NCBI RefSeq assembly: GCF_000143415.4
Contig: NW_003314355.1
Coordinates: 391,410-455,409 of the forward strand
Direction: 5' to 3'
Length of the DNA: 64,000 bases
Source of the DNA: Selaginella moellendorffii
Lineage: Eukaryota; Plantae; Lycopodiophyta
Under the pieces are notes generated by a model that saw only the letters and a list, made by a program, of their open reading frames with translations, ran no database searches and had not been told where the DNA came from. Position numbers and translations under genes: made by a program. This document shows, piece by piece, positions 38,252 to 51,275 of the stretch. The stretch's first letter is position 1. Each line of letters opens with the position of its first letter.

Positions 38252-39890
38252 TGTAAGTGATTAAGTCTTCCATTCTATTTTAGTCACTTAACCACACCTC
38301 CGACCACTTGGAGGAACCTCATTCACAACCTCCATAAGTCCAATTTAGGACTTGGGGCTTGTTAGCCCTGAGAATGGCATCCATGCCACTCAACCTTTTG
38401 CATTTGGTCCAAGTGCTCTACGTATTCGATCCCATAATTGACACCCAAAGGTACTAGTAAGATATCAGCCCATTACACTAAGGCCCTGCTTATTCACTTT
38501 TGTCACACTGGTGATTTAACACCACCTACATCACAATCCCCTCTCTAAAAAACTAGGCTATCTATCCACGAGTGGTCATCCAGATCCACTCCTTAGCATC
38601 CTTAAGATGGCCGCAGACATGAGGAATAGCCTTCCCCAATATCCCTTTTTCGGTCCCCATTAAGTCCCTTTCTGTCCATGGCTGTGCTCACTAACACTGC
38701 CATTGGATCAAGGCCCACAGGCCCGACTACCAAGTCCCACTGTCCTTTAGGATTTCCTCACCATATGACCGTATCTTTAGTCACCACACCAAAGGACTAC
38801 TCCTCTTCCTTTCCATAGTCCAAGACTTTGGGACAACATTTCAGAACACCGTGGCCCTATGCGAGCCTCATTGGTATTCTCCCTGCCTTCCGCCTTTGGG
38901 TGCTTTAGCCATAAGCTTAGAGCGAGGTTCTATTGAGCCACGCCAAGTATCCAAGTAAGTAGTGCCACCCACGCTTAGACTAGGAGCATCGAACCATTCG
39001 ATCTCCCAAGGGAACTAAAGCTAGCTCTTGAACACTTCACCAAACTATCCCACTTGTCAGCCTGTATTTACTCTAGCCTTAGACTTCCCAATGGTTATCT
39101 TATCACCCAGCATCTGAGTACAGCTTTCCTGGGCCAAACTGGCCTTTTCTAGGCAAATTAACTCCACTGAGGTCCATCTCCCTACTATTCTTTTGGAAAC
39201 ACCCCCCCCCCCCCCCCTCCTGGGGGACGATTGCTTTGGGCTTTCACCCAACAGCCTATATTAGTATTCAGACTCGGACTCAGTCTCGGTCTTAGATTCG
39301 GACTTGGACTCATCTCGGTCTTGGTCTCAGTCTCAGTCTCGGTCTCGGTTCCATCTTGGACTCCATCTCGGGTCCATCTCGGACTCCATCTCAAACTCTA
39401 TCTCAGTTCCATCTCGGACTCCATCTCGGGTCCATCTCGAACTCTATCTCAGGTCCACATTAGACTCCATCTCAGACTCCATCTCGGGTCCATCTTGGAC
39501 TCCATCTTAGGTCCATTTCGGACTCCATCTCTGGTCCATCTCAAACTCCTCAAACTTCATCTCGGAATCCTTCTTGGGTCCATCTCAGACTCCTCCTCAG
39601 TCCACTTCGGACTCCATCTTGGACTCCTTCTTAGACTCCTTCTTGGACTCCATCTCAGACACTTCCACATGTCATGTTGGTCCTCTTGTGTCCTTTTTCT
39701 AGAGACTCACTTATTGCTTGCTTCATGCTCATTCCTCAAGCATTTTGTTGGGAGTTTCACTCCCGCTCTCGACTTTTTGAGTCAGAGCTTTTAGTCCAAA
39801 TGTGTTATGCTTATTTAGCTTCTGCCTTAGCCACTACCACGTGGCACCCTTTTGGCTCTTCCTTGGGTCCTAGGGATTTTGTGTCTTACA
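38252..39890 (-). repeat. C0 5' LTR (diverged)
   Basis: TGTAAGTG...TCTTACA termini; decayed tandem array. Confidence 0.9.
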
Positions 39891-39896
39891 CCTACA

Positions 39897-42800
39897 TGTA
39901 AGCGACTAAATTTTCCATTCTACTTTAGTCACTTAACCACACCTCTGACCACTTGGAGGAGTCTCATTCGCAACCTCCATAAGTCCAATCCAGGACTTGG
40001 GACTTGCTAGCCCCGAGAATGGCATCCATGCCACTCAACATTTGCACTTGGTCCAAGTGCTCCATGTGTCCGATCCCATGACCGACACTCAAAGGTACCA
40101 CCGACATAGCAGCCCGTTACGCTAAGGCCATGCCCAATCACCTTTGCCACACTGGTAGTCCCCACTAAGTCCCTTCCTACCCCTGGCCGTGTTTGCCAAC
40201 ACTGCCACTGGATCAAGACTCACAGGCCCGACCACTAAGTCCCACGGTCCTCTGGGACTTCCTCACCACACGACTGTGTCCTTGGTCACTACCCCAGAGG
40301 ATTGCTCCTCTTCCTTTCCACAGTCTGGGCCTTTGGGGCAACATTTCGGAACACCGTGGCCTTACGCGAGCCACCTGGGTACTCTCCTCGCCTTCTGCCC
40401 TTAGGTGCTCTAGCCATGGGCTTAGAGCGAGGTTCCGTTGAGCCACGCCTGGTATCCAAGTAGGTAGTGCCACCCACACTTGGACTGGGAGCATCGGCCA
40501 GTCGATCTCCCGGGGGAACTAGAGCCGGCTCTTGAACACTTCACCAAGCTACCCCGCTTGTCGGTCCGTGTTCACTCTAGTCTTGGACTTCCCAGTGGGC
40601 AGCTCATCACCCAACACTGGGTCCGGCCTTCCTGGGCCAAACTGGCCTTTCCTGGCCAAACTGGCTCCACTGCAGTCCTCCCCCTACTATACTTTTGGAG
40701 CTCACCAAACCCCCCAGGGTCTGGGAGACGAACGCTTTGGGCTTTCACCCTCTCAGGCTCCGGACTCGGACTCGGACTCGGACTTGGACTCGGACTCGGA
40801 TTCGGACTCGGACTCGGGCTCGGGCTCGGGCTCGGTCTCGGCCTCGGCCTCGGTCTCGGTCTCGGTCCCGATCTCAGTCTCGGTCTCGGTCTCGGTCTCG
40901 GTCCCGGTCTCGGTCTCGACTTCGGACTCCATCTCGGACTCCATCTCGGACTCCATCTTGGGTCCATCTGGGACTCCATCTCGGACTCCATTTCGGGTCC
41001 ATCTCGGGTCCACCTCGGACTCCATCTCGGACTCCATCTCGGACTCCATCTCGGACTCCAACTCGGGTCCATTTCGGACTCCACTTCGGACTCCAACTCG
41101 GGTCCATCTCGGACTCCACTTCGGACTCCAACTCGGGTCCATCTCGGACTCCACTTCGGACTCCAACTCGGGTCCATCTCGGACTCCACTTCGGACTCCA
41201 ACTCGAGTCCATCTCGGACACTTCCACGTGTCATGTGTTGGTCCTTTTGGGTCCCTTTTTGGAGCCTCGCTTTTTGCTCGCTTCGTGCTCGTTCCTCGAG
41301 CACTTCGCTGGGAGTTCCACTCCCGCTCTTGACTTTTCAAGTCGGAGCTTTTGGTCCAAACGTGTTACGCTCGTTTGGCTCTCGCTTCGGCCACTACCAC
41401 GTGGCGCCCTTCTGGCTCCACTTTGGGGCCTAGGGATTTTGTGTCTCACAACTCCACCACCCATAGACGAAGTTCGATGTCCTCATCGAACGGTAAACCA
41501 TTTTTTAAAGTAACACTCGCATGTGTTACCATTTCCATCCTTGGCACCTAGCCAATATTTGTCAATGGTTTGACATTTAAGGCTCACCATGCCTTCTCCA
41601 TATTTGTCAATGGTTTGACATTGAAGGCTCACCATGCCCTTTGTATATGCCTCAATGGTTTGACACCAAAGGCTCACCATGCCTTGCCTATCCTCTAAGG
41701 AGGGTAGTCTCTCCAACTTAGAGACTGATTGGACCACATATAGTGGTTCTCTCCTTTTATTGGTTTAGTTCTCGCTAAACTTCTTAGAGACCCTTCTCTA
41801 AGTCAATCCCACTACTCCTTCTCGAGTAGTCTCAATTTCCATCTATTGAACGTTTGCACCTTGGAACTTTTACTCTCTTGACTTTTGGAAGTCAATTTCC
41901 TAGGTGTCTCCAACACCTTGCATTGCACAGATTGTGCAACTCCACTTCCCCATCCTAGGAAGCTCATTACTTGAGGGCACCATCATCCTCTCTTCTATTT
42001 TGTGCCACCTTGGGCACTAAGTTCCATTTATCATACTTTGTGCTAGGGCTGTCCATGGCCCTATCATTTGGCTACCTTACCGCTCCCTCCCTTGGAGCTT
42101 CCACTTTCGCCAAATCAGAGCAATTTGGAATTCATCCTTGGAAACACACTTCCTTTTCCGGAATTTGTTAGCGTCCAACACATTAGTGTTCCTCGCCTAA
42201 CTTTGTCACTTGGATTCCTTCCAAGGGATTCCACGGCCCTATCTTGGCCACTCATCTTTTGCTCATATCCGTTGATTGTTGCACCAAGCAACATCGAATC
42301 TTTACCTCCCTCCTTGAGGTATTCTTTTGATTCCATAGCAAAGGCTCTACTTTGCCAAGACTAGGGTGTTCGCCCCTAGTAAGTCTCTTTAGCATCTTCT
42401 GCTGTGGGCTCTATCCACGGCCCAACTTTGTGACCCTCCCATGGGTCTCTTTAGAGACTACTTTCCTTGGACACACTATGCCATCGCAATGACATAGCTC
42501 ATTTCCCTAGGGTGCTTTTCCCACTTGGTCACCTTGACCAAGCCACACCATCATCAATAGTTCAAATCAACACTTTGAACTAGGAACCTTATTCCTTAAC
42601 CCAAACAAGGACCTTGTCCTTATTTAGCCACAAGATCACCTAGTGATCTCACCTTGGCACCTTAACAGGTTTGCCAATAGGTACTAGGTCTTCCAGACCT
42701 TTAATTTGTTAACTACGACCCCGGGGGCATCCCCCACACTTGGCGGTGCGCCCAAGACAGCCCTTCCGGCCAAGGGTCCATAGCAACTGAGATTAGGTGT

Positions 42801-45800
42801 CCCCATCTCACTCACCACGTCCTTGGTGCCACTTGCACCAAAGCGTTCAAGTTAGATATGCCGAGCTTTCACACTAAGCAATCTAACCGTGCATCACGAC
42901 TCCGAGGCATCCCTCGCTTGGCGGTGTGCCCAAACCAGTCTCCCCACTGAGAGTCCATGACCACCGAAATATGAGTGTCCTCATATTCCAAACCATCACC
43001 ACGCCCTAGTGATTTGGGACTCGAACCCAAGCACTAGAGGGTCGGGACTCGAACCCAACCTCCATATATGCATCTACGGACGACATCACCCAGGATGCCT
43101 AATGTGACTCCCCACGCCGGTGCACCAACTTGTACTCAAAGCGCGCTATAGATCACAGCTTAGGAACCTAGTTCCTCCCCACTGCCAAGTCCTCTCACTT
43201 GACAAGCCTGTGATCATGCATGGACTCCTCCATGCTTGGCCCCATGGCCCACCCTTTTTGAAGTTATCACCTTCAACTAGGGTATTTGTTCCCCTGACTT
43301 GCCAATCTCGCTTTGGCAAGTCCTTCGACCACTGTAACATGGTTCCTGCACAAGCGTGAAAGCCCTTGATCATCGACTTTCGTTCAAAGCCCTCTCTTTG
43401 AACACTCGGGAACTACTTCCCTAACCTTGATAGCCTTGCCTCATGGCAAGGTTCAAGACCACGCTTCTGCTGTGCTACTCTAATTTCGCGCGTTCCTTGA
43501 ACCATTTACGCTTGGCCTTTCTAGGTACTAAGCTACCTAGAATCCTCTTTGGGAACTTTGAAGGAACTCTATCCCTTAGCTTGCTAAGGCTTCCCTTTTT
43601 GCAAGCTTTCCAATTACCATATAGTCTAACATGGACAATTCCATATTTTAGACTCTCCATGGCATCACGGTTGCTAGCGGCAACACCCTCGAGCCCCCAC
43701 TTGATTCTCCACTCCCAGCTGGCATAACCAACCTTGGTTATGCCCTTCGATTCCTATGGTTCGGTTCTATCCCCTTACTTCTTGCTTTTGGCTTCACACT
43801 TTTCCTTCGGTCATTCTCCTCCGAACCCGGAGGATAGCTTTGCACTTTCTATCATGCCTTAGCAAGTATTCTTAGGGACGAACCTACCCGATAGCCTAGG
43901 GAGTGGTTCCTCAATCTAGGTATGCTCACCCTATAATCCCACACACCGGGATTACGTTGTTGCTTACGGGCCTTTGCATGCCCCTTGCTAGCCTTGCCAA
44001 AATTCCATTTTTGGCTTTGTCCAATTCGAGTAGACAGTCTTCTCCTGTCTCCGCCACCTTGGACATTTGGATAGCACCTACTATCCATCATTTGCTAGGG
44101 ACTTAGTCCCTTGGGCCTTATCTACTGCCCTCGCGACATCAAACACCACCTCCTGGTGTTCCAGAGTGTTCGGGTGTCCCAATGATGGCTTCCTTGACAA
44201 TGAGTATTTTCTTTTATGACATTGACTTACTATATCGCAACATAAGCAACTTATCCCCCGTAAAGGTATCCCCAACTTCTCTATGCCATTAAGAAGGCTT
44301 GGGTAGCTACCTTCTACCCGTTTAACCAATTATTTTGCACCTCTTGCTTAGTTGCCTCATAGTTGTCAAGTCCTACAACTCATTGCTGGTGCTTCCACAC
44401 CTCCATCATTATCTGGGTCACCACACTCTAACTGCATGTTCTACAGCTTAGGTTATGCCATTCCCATTTCTATTGGGATTCCTTTGGCAAGAGGTCCTCA
44501 TAAACCCGCCAACATAGCCTCAAGGTATCACACCTTGGCACATTTGGTGTCTCCACACCTTGACACATTTGGTGTCTCCACACCATCAGCTTCACGAGCC
44601 TACCTCTATGACACTTCCTCTTTGTGTCTAGGTCTTTGCTAAGACCAATACCGCTCTTTCTCATGCCAACCATCGGTTAGCACTACACCATAGAGGTCAC
44701 TCACAACTTTGTGTCAAAGTTGTTTTCTTTTTGGGAACACCTTTCCCACAACTTTAGCATGACACATTTTGCCATTGATGAGATACCCTCTGTTCTCATG
44801 CTTGGATCCTATGATCCCCCCCCATCCTTTGTGGGGTACAACGCACCTCAGTCCAAATGCTTCCATCAGTCCTTTTAGGACCATCCCTTGACTCTACTTG
44901 AGTCGTCTAGCAGTTTTGGACTTGGTTAATCCACAGACCCGTAAGGTCCTACTTGTGAGGCACTAGCTCACTGGAATACACTTCTTGCATTCCTGTCCTA
45001 CTCAAAAGGACTATTTTCACAAGTGTTACTCTGACACTTGATTTTGTTCTCTGGGGGCAACCTTTGCCCCTTAGGACTACTTGTCCATGTGATGAGAATA
45101 CCAACTCATCCACTTAATACACCCTTAACTCCTTGGGTTGTTCCAGCATTTATTAGCCCCGGCTACCATTTCAAGGACTCGTGTCCTCATCCATACTTGA
45201 CCTCTCACGGTTATCCATTCCGGTCTCATCTTCATGAGCACCAGCCTCAACCATGTGAGGATAAACTTGTGACTCCTTTATTGTTTTTTGGAGTCTCTAT
45301 CTTCCCCGTGATCCCAACTATAGTTGTTTACCCCAACTACATTAGCCCGTTTGCTGAGTCAAACGCTCATCTGGATCACCTCCTCAACTCAATGAGGAAA
45401 ACCTTGCACTGTTCCCAAGATCCCAAAGTCGTTCCATTATTGGGCCCTTTTCTATCCACCACCTTGTCTACAAGTTCACACATGAACTGTAATGGAGAGC
45501 CATGTCTTCCCGACCTGCTACTCCTCAAGGATAGGCCCACTTCTCGGACCTTCCGTTGCCAACACCAGTGGTGATATACTTGAGCACCAATAAAAGTCGG
45601 ACTAAGGAACAGCTTCGATACCAAATTGTAAGCGACTAAATTTTCCATTCTACTTTAGTCACTTAACCACACCTCTGACCACTTGGAGGAGTCTCATTCG
45701 CAACCTCCATAAGTCCAATCCAGGACTTGGGACTTGCTAGCCCCGAGAATGGCATCCATGCCACTCAACATTTGCACTTGGTCCAAGTGCTCCACGTGTC

Positions 45801-47103
45801 CGATCCCATGACCGACACTCAAAGGTACCACCGACATAGCAGCCCGTTACGCTAAGGCCATGCCCAATCACCTTTGCCACATTGGTAGTCCCCACTAAGT
45901 CCCTTCCTGCCCCTGGCCGTGTTTGCCAACACTGCCACTGGATCGAGACTCACAGGCCCGACCACTAAGTCCCACGGTCCTCTGGGACTTCCTCACCACA
46001 CGACTGTGTCCTTGGTCACTACCCCAGAGGATTGCTCCTCTTCCTTTCCACAGTCTGGGCCTTTGGGGCAACATTTCGGAACACCGTGGCCTTACGCGAG
46101 CCACCTGGGTACTCTCCTCGCCTTCTGCCCTTAGGTGCTCTAGCCATGGGCTTAGAGCGAGGTTCCGTTGAGCCATGCCTGGTATCCAAGTAGGTAGTGC
46201 CACCCACACTTGGACTGGGAGCATCGGCCAGTCGATCTCCCGGGGGAACTAGAGCCGGCTCTTGAACACTTCACCAAGCTACCCCGCTTGTCGGTCCGTG
46301 TTCACTCTAGTCTTGGACTTCCCAGTGGGCAGCTCATCACCCAACACTGGGTCCAGCCTTCCTGGGCCAAACTGGCCTTTCCTGGCCAAACTGGCTCCAC
46401 TGCAGTCCTCCCCCTACTATACTTTTGGAGCTCACCAAACCCCCCAGGGTCTGGGAGACGAACGCTTTGGGCTTTCACCCTCTCAGGCTCCAGACTCGGA
46501 CTCGGGCTCGGGCTCGGTCTCGGCCTCGGCCTCGGTCTCGGTCTCGGTCTCGGTCCCGATCTCAGTCTCGGTCTCGGTCTCGGTCTCGGTCCCGGTCTCG
46601 GTCTCGACTTCGGACTCCATCTCGGACGCCATCTCGGACTCCATCTCGGGTCCATCTGGGACTCCATCTCGGACTCCATTTCGGGTCCATCTCGGGTCCA
46701 CCTCGGACTCCATCTCGGACTCCATCTCGGACTCCATCTCGGACTCCAACTCGGGTCCATTTCGGACTCCACTTCGGACTCCAACTTGGGTCCATCTCGG
46801 ACTCCACTTCGGACTCCAACTTGGGTCCATCTCGGACTCCACTTTGGACTCCAACTCGAGTCCATCTCGGACACTTCCACGTGTCATGTGTTGGTCCTTT
46901 TGGGTCCCTTTTTGGAGCCTCGCTTTTTGCTCGCTTCGTGCTCGTTCCTCGAGCACTTCGTTGGGAGTTCCACTCCCGCTCTTGACTTTTCAAGTCGGAG
47001 CTTTTGGTCCAAACGTGTTACGCTCGTTTGGCTCTCGCTTCGGCCACTACCACGTGGCGCCCTTCCGGCTCCACTTTGGGGCCTAGGGATTTTGTGTCTT
47101 ACA
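39897..47103 (-). mobile_element. Family C copy C2, structurally complete, young, non-autonomous
   Basis: LTRs at 39897-41450 and 45627-47103 share a private deletion. TSD CTACA at 39892-39896 and 47104-47108. PBS ~45612-45623. PPT at 41451-41462. No long non-repetitive ORF. Confidence 0.95.
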
Positions 47104-47145
47104 CTACATCATGACAGATGCCCGAAGTTCATTGTTGAGTTGCAC

Positions 47146-47809
47146 TGTAGCGCACCTTATCTCTCTCCCCTTAAGCCAACTGGAAAAGGGGTAATTGCTT
47201 GATGAGAGAGCCCTTAGTGGCTATTTTATCCCCATTTATCCCCCAAGGTTCCAAGGATCCACGGTGACAGTATATCCAAACCTCATCCCATGATCACATG
47301 CGCTACACTCACCCCCCCTTCAGAGATGTCAATGTCCTCATTGACTACCAACCCTTACTGAGCCAAGGGGAACCAACACCTCCATTTCCGCACTCAATCT
47401 ACCAATCCTTCCATTGTGTAGATCAACTATTCCATGTGAGGCAACTAGTCATCCACCCGTACTGCAGTCCCATGGTGGATACTTTTGTCTGGGATGCTCC
47501 ACAAGAGGAAGGACGTACGCATGGATGCCCAATACATATGATTTCAAATTTAGGGGTAGGAATATACCTTGCTCAAGGGTATATTATATTTTTAAGTAGC
47601 CACTAATCAATGGGAATCGAACCCGTGCCATTTGCTCTGATACCAACTATAGCGCACTTTATCTCTCTCCCCTTAAGCCAACTGGAAAAAGGGCAATTGC
47701 TTGATGAGAAAGCCTTTAGTGGCTATTTTATCCCCATTTATCCCTCAAGGTTCCAAGGATCCACGGTGACAGTATATCCAAATCTCATCCCATGATCATA
47801 TGCGCTACA
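47146..47809 (-). mobile_element. TRIM, 664 bp
   Basis: 162-bp LTRs at 47146-47307 and 47648-47809. TSD TGCAC. Met PBS at 47634-47645. PPT AGGGGGGTGAG next to 47307. Confidence 0.95.
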
Positions 47810-49045
47810 TGCACCACTACTGTCAACTCGAAGAGCTTTTGTCTTTCAACCAAGGAGATTTTCAACATAGGCCTTGTACATATGAAATGTAACAACTGCA
47901 TCACTCTTACATATCAAGAAGTGGATGCATGTTCGACAACTATAGTCATCCATGAATGTGATGAAATATCATGCACCATTGTGGCTTGGCACATCCATGG
48001 GGCCATAAAGATCAGAATGGACCCAAGTCCAAAAGTCCAATTGCTCGATGTTTGCTCGGTGAGAAATTCTGGTAGTGATGCTTGCCTAAAACGCAAGCTT
48101 CACAAAATATAGATGGGATATGTTGGAAATCCAATCTAGTAACAATATCTTGGGATTTCATCTGCTAAAGAGATAGTAATGGACATGACCAAGTCTCTTG
48201 TACCAAAGCTCCACACAAGAATTTGCCTCTATGGTTTGAAAGGCCTGAACCTAGTCAACAACAGTGATCTCATACATATCCCTAATGTGTGGCCCATAAA
48301 GCAACTGTGTACCAAGTATATGAAAGTTGCTAGAGTCAACCAAAAAAACTCCCTTTGCATCAAAGACTACCATTGCATTTTGATCACATATCTTGGCAAC
48401 CGACATTAAGTTTTATTGTAAGGTAGAGATGTGTATAACACCATCAAATGCCATGGTCCTCTCATGATTAAGTGAGAGCCAAAATTGCCAGATGTCTTCT
48501 ATGGGGATAGTGGTATTATCACCTAAATGAACACCATATTTTCCAATGCTCGACTGATAAGATTCAAAAAGACTCTTCTTATTGCCCATAAGATTAGTAC
48601 AACTGGAGTCTATGAGCCACCTACTTGGTGTTGCAATTGCTTCTGCATTGTAGAGTTCCTCAGCCACCTCATTTACTGTAGCAATTCCATCACCCTTGAG
48701 TAGATTGGCTTTTGCCGTCGTAGCTAGTCACTTGATAGGCTTTAGAATAGTGCAATCTTGAGCCCAGTGGCCCATCTCCAAACAACAAGCACACTGATTC
48801 TTGGCAAGTTTGACTTGGCACACCTAGATGCTATAGAATTTTGCCCTTTCTGGGCATTTACAGTTGCATGTGGTTTTGCCACCTTGGCATCACCAGAAGC
48901 CTACAAAGCATACATAGCCTATAGCATTTCTACTCTCTTGCTTCACATGGCCTCAATGTTGTGAAGACTTCTCATAGCATTTGCCCAAGTCCTCCCTACT
49001 TGGAGAAGTAGGCTTTCAACTGCATTCTTCCAGCTAGCTGGCAAG

Positions 49046-51275
49046 TGTGAGACACAAATCCCTAAGCCCCAAAGTGGAGCCGAAAGGGTGCCACGTGGTA
49101 GTGGCCAAAGCAAAAGCCAAACGAGCATAATACGTTTGGACTAAAAGCTCCGACTTGGAAGGTCGAGAGCGGGAGTGGAACTCCCAACAAAGTGCTCAAG
49201 GAGCGAGCACGAGGCAACCAATAAGCAAGGCTCCAAAAAGGGACCCAAAAAGGACCAACACATGACACGTGGAAGTGTCCGAGATGGAGTCCGAGGTGGT
49301 TCCGAGATGGAGTTCGAGATGGACCCGAGATGAAGTCCGAGATGGACCCGAGATGGAGTCCAAGATAGACCCGAGATGGAGTCCGAGATGGAGTCCGAGG
49401 TGGATCCGAGATGGAGTCCGAGATGGACCCGAGATGGAGTCCGAGATGGACCCAAGATGGAGTCCGAGATGGACCCAAGATGGAGTCTGAGATGGACCCA
49501 AGATGGAGTCCGAGATGGACCCGAGATGGAGTCGGAGATGGAACCGAGACCGAGACCGAGGCCGAGACCAAGACCGAGATCGAGTCCGAGTCCGAAACCG
49601 GGACTGAGACCGAGTCCGAGTCCGAGTTCGAGTCCGAGTCTGAGTCCGAATACTAATATAGGCAGTTGGGTGAAAGCCCAAAGCGATCGTCCCCCAGGGG
49701 GGGGGCGCTGCAGGGGGTTCCAAAAGTCCAAAAGTATAGTAGGGAGAGTTGGGGGTTGGTGTAAGCTCCTGAATTTGGACTTCCCGGGAGGTCACCCAGC
49801 CCAGTACTATTCAAACCCAAGGACGCTTAACCCCAAATATCCCAAGACCCTTAACCGATTGGAAAAGGGGGTGCACTCTTGTTCATGGGCCCTTTCCCTC
49901 TATATTTGAACCCCATGGATCGTATCTCAAATCGTTCCCTTTGGTTGCTTACAGTTGGAGCCCAGTGGAGCCAGTTTGGCCAGGAAAGACTAGTTTGGCC
50001 TAGGAAAGGCCAGTTTGGCCCAGGAAAGGCTAGTGTGGCCCAGGAAGGCCATACCCAGTGTTGGGTGATGAACTGACCACTGGGAAGTCCAAGACTAGAG
50101 TGAATACGGACCGACAAGCGGGGTAGCTTGGTGAAGTGTTCAAGAGCCGGCTCTAGTTCCCCCGGGAGATCGACTGGCCGATGCTCCCAGTCCAAGTGTG
50201 GGTGGCACTACCTACTTGGATACCTAGTGTGGCTCAACGGAACCTTGCTCTAAGCCCATGGCTAGAGCACCCAAAGGCGGAAGGTGGGGAGAGTACCCAT
50301 GAGGCCCGCGTAGGGCCACGGTGTTCCGAAATGTTGTCCCAAAGGCCCAAACTGTGGAAAGGAAGAGGAGTAGTCCTCTGGTGTAGTGACCAAGGATACA
50401 ATCGAGTGGTGAGGAAGTCCCAGAGGACCGTGGGACTTAGTGGTCGGGCCTGTGGGCCTCGTTCTAGTGGCAGTGTTGGCGAACACGGCCATGGGCAGAA
50501 AGGGACTTGGTGAAGACCGGAAAAGGGATATTGGGGAAGGTTATTCTCCATGTCTGTGGGCATCCTAAGGATGCTAAAGAGTGGATCTGGAATGATCATT
50601 CATGGACGAATGGCCCAGTCCTTGAGAGATAGGACTGTGATGCAGGTGGTGTTAGACCACCGGTGTGACCAAGGTAAAGGGGCATGGCCTTAGCGTAACG
50701 GGCTAATATGTCGGTGGTACCTTGGGGTGTCGGTCATGGGATCGGACACGTGGAGCACTTGGATCAAGTGCAAAGGTGGAGTGGCAGGGATGCCATTCTC
50801 GGGGCTAGCGAGCCCAAGTCTGAAATAGGACTTATGGAGGTTGTGAGTGAGACTCCTCCAAGTGGTTGGAGGTGTGGTTAAATGACTAAAGTATAATGGA
50901 AAATTTAGTCGCTTACAGCATCCTAAGGATGCTAAGGAGTGAATCTGGGATGTCCACTCATGGACGGATGGCCCAGTCTAGGAGAGACAGGATTGCAATG
51001 CCGATGGTGCTGGACCACCAATGTGACCAAGGTGATTGGGCATGGCCTAGCGTAACGGGCTGGTATGTTGGTGGTGCCTTGGGGTGTCGGTCAAAGGACT
51101 GGACACGTGGAGCACTTGGACCAAGTGCAAAGGTTGAGTGGCATGGATGCCATTCTCGGGGCTAGCAAGCCCCAAGTCCTGAGTGGGACTCGTGGAGGTT
51201 GTAAATGAAACTCCTCCAAGTGGTCGAAGGTATGGTTAAATGACTAAAGTAGAATGGAAAAATTAGTCATTTACA
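49046..51275 (+). mobile_element. Family C solo LTR with a tandem extra 3' segment (50918-51275)
   Basis: TSD GCAAG on both sides. First CTTACA end at 50917, second TTACA end at 51275. Interrupts Copia gag. Confidence 0.92.
49760..49953. mobile_element. 194-bp solo LTR (TRIM-sized) inside the C LTR
   Basis: TGTAAGC...GCTTACA inverted ends; TSD GTTGG. Confidence 0.88.

Larger units (their letters stand above)
12173..39890 (-). mobile_element. Family C copy C0 (older; host of D, C1, A3 and A2)
   Basis: Colinear internal pieces at 12173-12378, 13454-13851, 23808-24434 and 36007-38251 match C2 internal sequence. Degenerate Met PBS ~38237-38248. 5' LTR at 38252-39890. Confidence 0.8.

Noticed and set aside
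47195-47230. TTGATGAG in the TRIM LTR as a hammerhead core
   Set aside because: No CUGAUGA and no downstream GAAA or stems
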